From the human T2T-CHM13v2.0 reference genome, Homo sapiens, in the NCBI RefSeq assembly GCF_009914755.1, contig NC_060935.1: a stretch of DNA of 64,000 bases, one strand, 5' to 3'. Made by a program: the position numbers and the translations under genes. Under the pieces are notes generated by a model, which was not told the DNA's origin, searched no databases, and saw only the letters and a list, made by a program, of their open reading frames with translations. This document shows positions 55,213 through 64,000 of this stretch, one piece after another; positions within the stretch are counted from its first letter, which is position 1; every line of letters starts with the position of its first letter.

Positions 55213-55753
55213 GTAAGGCCTTTGGGGCATGTCTTCCTCTTGTTAAACTTGGTGTCAGTTCTCGGGCATGGAACATCTAGCAGCCAGCTACTGTTTCATC
55301 CTGGAAAAGGGGATGGGAATAAAAAACCCAACTCTAGGTGGCGACACAGTTGGTTTTTGGCTTTACCTTCCCCTAGTTTGTAAGCAAGAAGGAGCCTTCA
55401 GCAGTGCTGAGGCATTTAACTTCCACTTCCTGTCCCCAAAATGTTCTACACCCAGAGAAAAAGAACAGCCTTAAGGCCAAGTTCTGTCTTTTACCCCTTT
55501 CTTCGTCTTCTTTCTTTGCTCCTTTGAGCAAGAGGGTTAAGTCTATGGGTGTCATCTCAGGGGGTTCAAAGAGAGCTTTGCCTGAGGGCCTCTCTGAGGA
55601 AGACAGCAAGTGTCAGGTGCTTAATGAATGTTTATGGAAGGAATGAGTGGAGGTCCTCTCTGAAAACAATTTAGGAACATTGATGTTGTCCTTAAACATT
55701 ATTTAAATTAGTATGAACTTGTTATATTAAATAGTATTTTTGTTTATTTTTAG

Positions 55754-55774
55754 ACTTGTTGACTTTTCGTTTGA
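55754..55774 (+). CDS. BMAL1: Alternative 21-nt microexon, adds LVDFSFE
   Basis: tttttgtttatttttag|ACTTGTTGACTTTTCGTTTGA|gtaagt. Phase 2-2 and in frame. Matches the LDDFAFE insert I recall in mouse BMAL1. Confidence 0.8.
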
Positions 55775-55996
55775 GTAAGTAAATTTTCACACTTACAGTC
55801 ATCCCTTCTATATATGTACAAACACCTAGGGAATAAGGCAGTGTAGAATATTCAAAGGCACATTTTGTTTTGCCGAAGCACCTGCGTGGAATCTTACCCA
55901 AATGTCCATTTAAGAGGTTTTCTTTTGTTTAATGAGGGAAAATCTCCGAGGAGGTATACCCCCTACAGCAGATGTCCTTTCTGCTGAAGTTCACAG

Positions 55997-56060
55997 GTCG
56001 AATTTGGGGAGCACAATGGCTGGAGGTCAGATGCCCACTAGGAGATGCTATGATTAATAT
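55997..56060 (+). CDS. BMAL1: Alternative exon carrying the BMAL1a start (ATG 56050: MINI|ESMDTD)
   Basis: ATGATTAATAT|gtaagt spliced to AGAAAGC gives M-I-N-I-E-S, the known BMAL1a N-terminus. The acceptor ttcacag| at 55996 is less certain than the donor (an alternative tacagcag lies at 55964-55971). Confidence 0.8.
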
Positions 56061-57502
56061 GTAAGTTATCCCAGATGATTAAGACAGCCAACACCCAGGG
56101 GCTGGAGAGTGGGTATGAGGGCTGTGAGGGCGTTCTTCCATAGCAGTAACTCCCCAGCAGAAAGACTGCGAGATGTTGGCCACAAACCCTTTGTCTTGAG
56201 CAAGCGCTAAGGGAGCCACTGATGTGTTCTAAGGCCTCTGTCATCTGGACCTGTGGGTTCCAGCCTGGTCACCACCCAAGATTTCCCTTGTGGACTCTGG
56301 TTTGCTAATCTTCTGTAATTCATGGAGACTCAATTAATTAAGCAACCTTAATCCCTTTCACTATCATTTTAATGTAACTGAAGTCATCTGTGACTGTCAG
56401 GCAGAGCTTTTTCTCACCTGAGATTATCACCTGGCCTCAAGGAACAGATAGAATTCTAGACAAAAGGGAGAGGGGAGTTTTTGTCCTTCCGTGCGGCCTG
56501 CGTGATCTCTGAACTTTAGAACTAGCTGGGGAAACTCTCTGCCTGTGAGGAACCCCAGGGCGTCTAATTGGGAACACTGTTCTAGAATGCCCATGATATG
56601 ATCCAGTGCTCCTAGAAACAGCTATTTTTGCCCTTGGGATTACATTGTTTGAAGGGCCATGCTCTCTCCTTTCCTGTGGGATAAAGGAAAAAGGAGAGAG
56701 GCCCAGCTGGCAGTCCATGCCCTCCTGATAAATGTATGGATTGGAGAAGGCGGTGAGGGGGATTTGGAACTCCTTCCTCTGGGGATTTCAGTCTGTTTTC
56801 TTCTACTGAACCACAGGATGCAACGAAACTTGGTTTTCTGAAGTCTGTGAAAGGGAGGGAGATCCTTGCTGTGACCCCAGGACTTCTGTGGCCCTCAGCC
56901 CCACTACGCCCCTCCATCCCAATTCCTAAAATCTAGGGGTTCCCACCTACCTGAGAAGCAGAATATTTGGCAGTAGTGCCTTTGAAAAGCTGCCTGGGGC
57001 TCTGCTCAGTACTTTGTTGGTACTTTAATTCCACCCTCCTCACTTCGTCCCTTCCCTGCCAAATAGATATGTATGCACATTTATCTTTGATGCTCAATAT
57101 GTTTTGCAAACAGAATAAGCTTCATTTATCCAGAATGATGGGGGGGGAGAATGAGAGGTTATATAGATATTTCAATCCTATGGTTAACTAAGCATTTTTA
57201 TAAACACTACATATTCCCAATTTTCAAACAATCAGAATATGGTAAAATATATGTTAACACACAAACTCTTTTGAGATGATAACTTTTGTTTGATAACCTG
57301 AGAAGCTGGTCCAGGTTTTATAGTAAGTTCAAGTTAATTTTCATTTGTTTTACCCTTATTATACATCATTAATTGATACTGTGGCTGTTCGAACTTTATG
57401 ATTGTTTGGTTTCTGGATAAATGAGAGCCTTCTGTCTTATGATAAGAAGCTCTTCTGTATGTCTTTATTAACATGCAGTCACATTCTCTTTTGTTTTTTC
57501 AG

Positions 57503-57541
57503 AGAAAGCATGGACACAGACAAAGATGACCCTCATGGAAG
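57503..57541 (+). CDS. BMAL1: BMAL1 coding exon (39 nt): ESMDTDKDDPHG(R)
   Basis: ttgttttttcag| ... GAAG|gtacca. Phase 2-2, matches the BMAL1 protein. Confidence 0.97.
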
Positions 57542-57645
57542 GTACCATGAACCTAGTAATTTGAACTTCAGCATCCTTATAGCCATTTTCTTTGCACTGT
57601 TACACATTCTGTTACTTGGGGCAGCACCCATGTCCTCAACTGGAG

Positions 57646-57818
57646 ATGAGCAAGGAGGCCGTGAGCCTGTGGGCGCTCACTGTGTCCCTCCAACCCCCAG
57701 TCCCCTTGTGTGTCTGCAGAGAGATGACAGGATCAGGCAGAAGAAAACAGCAATGTGTAACTTTGCCATTCATCTCCAGAGAATTATGTTTTTATCTTTT
57801 GCTTTTTCCTCCCCCCAG
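57646..57818 (+). CDS. BMAL1: Intron-encoded alternative N-terminus of the MOP3 isoform (MSKEAVSLWALTVSLQPPVPLCVC...LLLFPPP|RLEYTEHQ)
   Basis: ORF 57592..57864 reads in frame into the 57819 exon. MSKEAV... is the N-terminus I recall for the MOP3 cDNA. Confidence 0.65.
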
Positions 57819-57860
57819 GTTAGAATATACAGAACACCAAGGAAGGATAAAAAATGCAAG
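57819..57860 (+). CDS. BMAL1: BMAL1 coding exon (42 nt): LEYTEHQGRIKNA(R)
   Basis: tttttcctccccccag| ... CAAG|gtaagc. Phase 2-2. Confidence 0.97.
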
Positions 57861-59197
57861 GTAAGCTTGGACCTTATTTTGTCTACAAAGCATCCTAGTT
57901 CTGGTTGCTTAGAGAGCAGCTGAGGAGGCTCTGCATGTTTGGTCCTGTCTAAGAGTTCTGTTGGGCACTGTCACCTCCTTAGGGAATAGGCAGGTAGTGG
58001 GCCTTGGCCGAGGTGGCCTTCTGCCCTCCATGCTCTCCATACTGGCTGGCCTTTACTCTTTGCTGTCTAAGCACCTTTAACCTGAAGTGGATTTGAAGGT
58101 AGCAGAAATCAATCAAGGCTCAAGTTTTTCCCCAGTCTTCAGCAGAGAACGTCTTCCTGACTGGAGCGCCCTCCGCAGGAGACATGGCTCAGTGATTTGG
58201 TTCCTGGGCTGGGACTTGCCTCTGTCAGGGGCCCCTATTGCACTGCGAGTTGCAACTGAATGCACCACATGGGGCATGCTCGGTGTCTCGAGTAGATTCT
58301 CTGCCTGGGTCTGTCCTGCCTCCAGCCACACTTGCTGACCTCTTCCCATTGCGTCCTCAGTTCTTCTGCCGTTAGTACCAGGCTGTGTTCTGAGGCTGCG
58401 TCATGACAGACTGATACAGGGGGCTGCAGAAATTGGCTGCCCTAAGGCTTCAAGCTCTTCCCTCGGAGGCCAGCCTTAGCAGGAGCTCCCATGGCTCTGT
58501 ATCTGCGGCAGCTGCAGCAAACTACATTTCCATCGTTGCTGCACCTCCTTAGGAGGACCATCACCAATGGCAGGTGCACATCAGTCAGTGTCACCCTGCC
58601 TCAGCGGGAGGAGTGTGACATTCCTCAGAGGAGGCTCCTGGGGACAGATGTAGCATCTGCTGCACCTAGGTGGGGACCTAGTTTTGATCCAAGGATGACG
58701 GCGTTGGTTACTGGGTGCCCTAGTCAGTGAGGCTGTGACTGGAAAGAATTGGTGCCCTGCCCAGGTCACATGGCCACACAGCGGGCTCCTCACAGACCTC
58801 AGGGACAGCCCACGGGGCTCTGGATGCTCTGTGCTATGAAGCCACCACCTCCCTTCTCTTTCCTTTCACCCCCATTTCAAAATCCAATTTGACAAAGGCT
58901 GAGAGGAAAAGAAACGAGGAGAAATGAACAATTCAGTTTACTCTGAAGAGACAATTTTTGTAGCTTTTCTCCTGAATTCTAAAGATGAGGTAAACATAAA
59001 AAAATTAATACTGACCTGGCAGTGAGACCATTTTCTTGGAGACTTTAGTTGAAAAGTCTAATTTTAAACATTCTGCAAATTCTAAATTTGCCTTGTCAGA
59101 TGAACATTGAAAACAGTTACAACTCATTTATTTTTGTCATCTTTTCTTGATGCTTGGTTACATTTTATAAGAAATCGTTTTTCATATTGTTGTTCAG

Positions 59198-59355
59198 GGA
59201 AGCTCACAGTCAGATTGAAAAGCGGCGTCGGGATAAAATGAACAGTTTTATAGATGAATTGGCTTCTTTGGTACCAACATGCAACGCAATGTCCAGGAAA
59301 TTAGATAAACTTACTGTGCTAAGGATGGCTGTTCAGCACATGAAAACATTAAGAG
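59198..59355 (+). CDS. BMAL1: BMAL1 bHLH-domain exon: [52 protein letters not shown]
   Basis: Canonical ARNT/BMAL bHLH. tgttcag| ... AGAG|gtgaga, 158 nt, phase 2-1. Confidence 0.99.
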
Positions 59356-61108
59356 GTGAGACCCTGGGCTCTATTGTCCTTTATGTCCTTGCCCACAAAT
59401 GTTACCACCCTTGCCTAGAATGTTCCTATCCCTAAGGCAGATGTTTATTACTTGCAATTATGTAGCCTTCAGTAGTATGCCTTTACTCTTCAGCAACAGC
59501 CGTGATGCCAAATGAAGTGATTATTGAGCTTATGTGGGTTTTGACATGCAATTTTGCAGTCACACATTCTCAGAGCATAGAAACTGTGCTTTGCACGTCT
59601 CTGTATATGCATGTAATCAGGCTATGTGCCTATCAGAGATGATACTGCTCTGATGTCTCACATCTTGCCTATGTTTGTGCCTGGATCCCATCCTTACAAT
59701 TATAACACGCAGAAATGTAGGTGCACACAGTGACACAGAAAAGTCAGTTCAAAGATGAAAATTCATCATGGTTCCTTTGAAAAGTGAGTCATGGGTTGTG
59801 GGTTCTCGCGACATTTTGTTGTCAGGAATGAACACTGAAGATATTTTCATCTTCCTGGAATTTTCCCGAACCAGATCCACTCTTTGTGAGGGAGGCAGTA
59901 TTTTCCTTCTTTTCTGAGTGTGGGGAGGGTGAGAAAACATAGGCAGAAAAGTGGAAGTGACTTATCCAAACCACAAGAGAAATCTGAAATATATCAGGCA
60001 TTTTAGTGAATGCTGTTCCTGGAATTTTCCATAGCTAGTCTTGGACTTTTGGAGGAAATTGGAAAGTGGGCGCTCAGTCAGATCTCTGACCTGCGTGGTA
60101 GAAGAATTGCGTCTTTTTATATTTGCACAAGGCCACCAGAAATAAGAAGTAGCTGGTTTTGTCTGACTTTAGATCATTACCCAAAAATATAAATGTTGTA
60201 TCCTGTGCTGGAAGAATGGCATTTAAAAATTCATATTAGCAAAGATAACATGGGTTAAATTATTATAAACTAATTTCTATTAAATTGGAAAAAAGTGGCA
60301 AATCTCAAGTTACAGTAAAGAGCAGGGATAGGGATCAATAGGATGGTTGCAACACGTCCTGTCTCCTTCCCTCCCCATGGTACTTTGAATTGTTACAGAT
60401 CCATTTCCTTTTATTCCTTCACTATTCTACTCGCTATTCTACAGACTCCAAATCATTTACTGCTGGCATTTTTCTCTGTTAAGTGATTGTTCTCCTGAAA
60501 AATGCCAGATTGACAGCCTTTTAAACCTAAGTCTTGTCCCCTTTCAGTCCTGGGAGTGCGAGCTGCATTGACTGAAGCAATGCATTCCTCCACATTGCCA
60601 CGCTCGTTTAACTCACCCCTGATGAAGAGTAACTCACATTAAATGCCTTCCACAATATATTTACTCAGGGCCTGGAAGACTGAATGGTTTCCCAAGAACA
60701 TTTAGAGTGGTGATTTGAAGGACTACCAGACAACCCATTTAATACAGATCTTAGGAGGAGGGAACTCTCTGAGGAGCCTCTACCAGTTTACTTCCAGAGC
60801 TGCCTTCTTTCTTAGAAGCAGATTGTTAAACTTCCTTCTATTATCTCTTGGTTTTCCCTGTAATGAGAAAAACAGGCTTGTTAGGTCTCCTGTGGGTAAC
60901 AGTGTTCTCTCTTCCATGGAATTCTCTTTGGCTTACAGGATTCTGTCCAAAGCCAGATCTAGGCTCATCTCAGTTAAGGCCTAAACAATAAAATTTAAAT
61001 ACCAGGTCATAGAGACTAGGCCACTTACAGAAGGTTTGAGGCAGCAAGTTAGAATGAGACATTTTCTGAATATCAAGTATACCAATTCTTTCTCTTTTTG
61101 CCCCTAAG

Positions 61109-61188
61109 GTGCCACCAATCCATACACAGAAGCAAACTACAAACCAACTTTTCTATCAGACGATGAATTGAAACACCTCATTCTCAGG
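61109..61188 (+). CDS. BMAL1: BMAL1 coding exon (80 nt): (G)ATNPYTEANYKPTFLSDDELKHLILR, bHLH to PAS-A linker
   Basis: tctctttttgcccctaag| ... CAGG|gtatgt, phase 1-0. The CDS continues beyond the window. Confidence 0.97.
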
Positions 61189-61609
61189 GTATGTTCAATT
61201 ATGGGATTGTTTTACAACGTTTGTTTTTATAAATTTTCAAGTAAGTACCAGCATGTGGGAATTTGATGTTTCAACACTGAGCTTTTTTTTTTAGGCCTGC
61301 TTCCTCTCTCAGGTCCCTCCCTTTATCTTATTGTTTGGACAGGCTTCACATTTCTTCCACAAAACCATTCTCCTCCTCTTTTAACCTCGTCTAGACAAAA
61401 ATGGAAGGTCTATGCCACCGCAATTTAAAATCAGAAGAGTCAGGATTTGTTAAAAATAAGGGGGATTTGAGAATCACATTTCTGCATGAAGATTTTAGGA
61501 AGGGACTGAAACCAACAACAATTGAGAATTTCTCTTCACCTGATTTAACCACTAGCACAAAAAAGTCCACCTAAATCTTTACACCAAAATCTCATCAAAA
61601 TAACAAAAC

Positions 61610-61935
<326 letters not shown>

Positions 61936-63235
61936 TCACCTGCTTGACTTGAGTGCTCTCTCTGTCTTGCTAAATCTCTGCTGGGAGATGGTTGAGGTGG
62001 CACTATGGGAACCTGTTGTCTTCCATGAAGAATTAGGTCGGCACAAAGCTCTAAGTTGTGTTACTAGGTAAAGTGAGATTAACTTGGGAATTGAAGGGAA
62101 AGAAACTGGATTCAGAAACGTGTTCTTGTAGATTGTAAACAGATGAATAGAAAAACGTAACTAAAAGGAAGGATACCCGCTTCCACCTCCCACAAAGTCA
62201 GGGCTGACCTTACCTGCACAGCCAACAGAATCTTCCTACCCATCTTTGAGCAGAAGTTTGCAAAGCTCTAGAGTAGAGGGTAGTCCATCTGGAATTTTGC
62301 ATCATCACTATCCATTTTCAGCTCTCTATAAGCCTGGCCTGTCTGCTCACTCCAGCATTCTCTATTTATCTCCTCATGACGTGCTATCTCAAATTGGAAA
62401 GCATTCACCTGCAAGGACCAGAAGACCTGATGAATAAATAGAGTTTAATTTCTCAAGTATAACTGGTCTGGAGTAGGTTATGTTGGGTTGCTGCAGTGGT
62501 TCAATGAGGTCAATAGGAACCAGGTTCTTTGTCTTTGCACTCAGCCACACCAAGCTAGCATGCTAGCTTGTTTCCTTAATGTAGCCAGGTACCTTTGCCA
62601 GGTCTAAGTAGCCAGACCCACTGTAAAAACAGGGGTAAATGAAGCTCTAGTCTGGCTGTCCTTTTTATCAAGAAAGGATACACCTTCCTGAAAACTCAAC
62701 AGTGGACTTCAGCTTATTCAAAAGTGTGTCACTTGGTCACGCCTAGCTGCAGGGCAGGGTGCAGAAACAAGTGTTTATAGATTTTCCAGCCTCCCTGGTG
62801 GAGACAGGCAAGAGAGAAGGGGCCTGGGAATGGTGTTGGGAATTGGCTTCCCCAACAGTGTTTGCCACACACACTTTCCAGAGCCACATGCATTTGCTCG
62901 ATTCCTTCCAGAAGTGACTCCCACAACCCAATATAGTGCTTCAACTGTGGTCTGATTGGCCTGAGGTTGAATGGGACTAGTGCCTTCCTTGCCAAAAAAG
63001 CCATCTGATTAGTACTGTATCATTTGGGGCAGCTGCAGTACTGCCTCCTCCCCCTTCTCTCCTGAATATGAATTATTGTTAGGTCAGGTTTTTTACATCT
63101 TGTATAGGTGCTTTTTTGAACTTAAGATAGGACTTCTCTTTCATTTCTGTCAAAACCTGTTTGTTGAATGGCCCCACAGTCCAGCTTGTCATTAGTGACC
63201 CTTGGAATCTTTGTGTGACTTGTAGATCCAATACA

Positions 63236-63831
63236 TGCCTCTGTGCCTTTCATCCTTGTTTATTCATAAATTCAACAAACATTTTTGTTTACTTACTAGA
63301 TGCATGGCATTGTTCTAGGAACATCCAAATCAATGATAAACACTTTAGGGTGGGACCAGGCTCCCGATCAAGTGAGTGATAGTCTTTTGGCTACCACTCT
63401 CAGGACACAGTTATTCAAACACCCAACTTTGCCCACCTCTCCATCCTTTTCGTAAAGATGTCCGTGTTCTCAGAGAGGATTTGCTGAGGTTAAAATATGA
63501 CCGATGCCTGTAGCATCTCGAGAGCTGCCGTCGGTGCCAGCTTCATGGGCATGTGACCTCTGCAGTTTCACAAGGCCCCATGCTTGGTTTAATGCCCTGT
63601 CACCATCTTGAAAACGTAATTTTTGAACAAGGATCCCTGCATTTTCATTTTGTACTGGGCCCCACAAATTATGTAACTGGTCCTGATTCCCATACTGGTA
63701 ACAGATCTGCAGCTGTAGATGTGATAGGCCTGCCTCTATGCCTTTCATTCTTGCGTATTCATGAATTCAACAAACCCTTTTGTGTACTTACTAGAGGCTT
63801 GGCATTGTTCTAGGAACATCCAAATCAATGA
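63236..63831 (+). repeat. Direct repeat of ~100 bp (63236-63336 and 63731-63831)
   Basis: tgcctct.tgcctttcat...ggcattgttctaggaacatccaaatcaatga in both copies. Confidence 0.9.
63532..63685. mobile_element. MER45A-like hAT-Tip100 relic
   Basis: gccagcttcatgggcatgtgacc...gcattttcattttgtactgggccccacaaattatgta...ggtcctg. Confidence 0.8.
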
Positions 63832-64000
63832 CATTTTGGGCTGGGGTACAGGCTTGATTATTTTAAGAAAAAGAATCTATGTCTTTATTTCATATATATA
63901 TATGTAAAATAATTATCAAGCAGAGTCCTGTGGATGGACAAATTTAAAAATAAATAAAACAAGCTCCTTTTGCAGTGGCACGTGCTTAATCGTTTTCTTG

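Overview
Primate, almost certainly human, genomic DNA: the 5' half of the circadian clock gene BMAL1 (ARNTL/MOP3, chr11p15) on the + strand. The promoter/first exon lies upstream of the window and most PAS-domain exons lie downstream. Visible exons are three non-coding 5'UTR exons (10718-10790, 27146-27200, 50709-50834) and five core coding exons (55065-55212 with ATG at 55073, 57503-57541, 57819-57860, 59198-59355, 61109-61188). These splice to MADQRMDISS...RKRK...bHLH...DELKHLILR. Between the NLS exon and the bHLH exon are several alternative elements: a 21-nt microexon (55754-55774, LVDFSFE), the BMAL1a 'MINIES' exon (55997-56060, which also acts as a poison exon), and a 277-nt intron open in two frames (source of the MOP3 'MSKEAV' N-terminus). 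The rest is intron rich in Alu, MIR, L2, L1, MLT1 and hAT relics. It also holds an hY1 retropseudogene split by an Alu, a tailless 7SK retropseudogene and several local duplications. Apart from those overlapping BMAL1 exons, the six-frame ORFs look like noise. I see no evidence of a wholly new biological system. The best leads are splicing and translation control features of BMAL1 and the nested retroposon cluster around the MIR-derived UTR exon. Gene, isoform and repeat identities come from recognising sequences from memory, not from a database search, and old-repeat boundaries are approximate.
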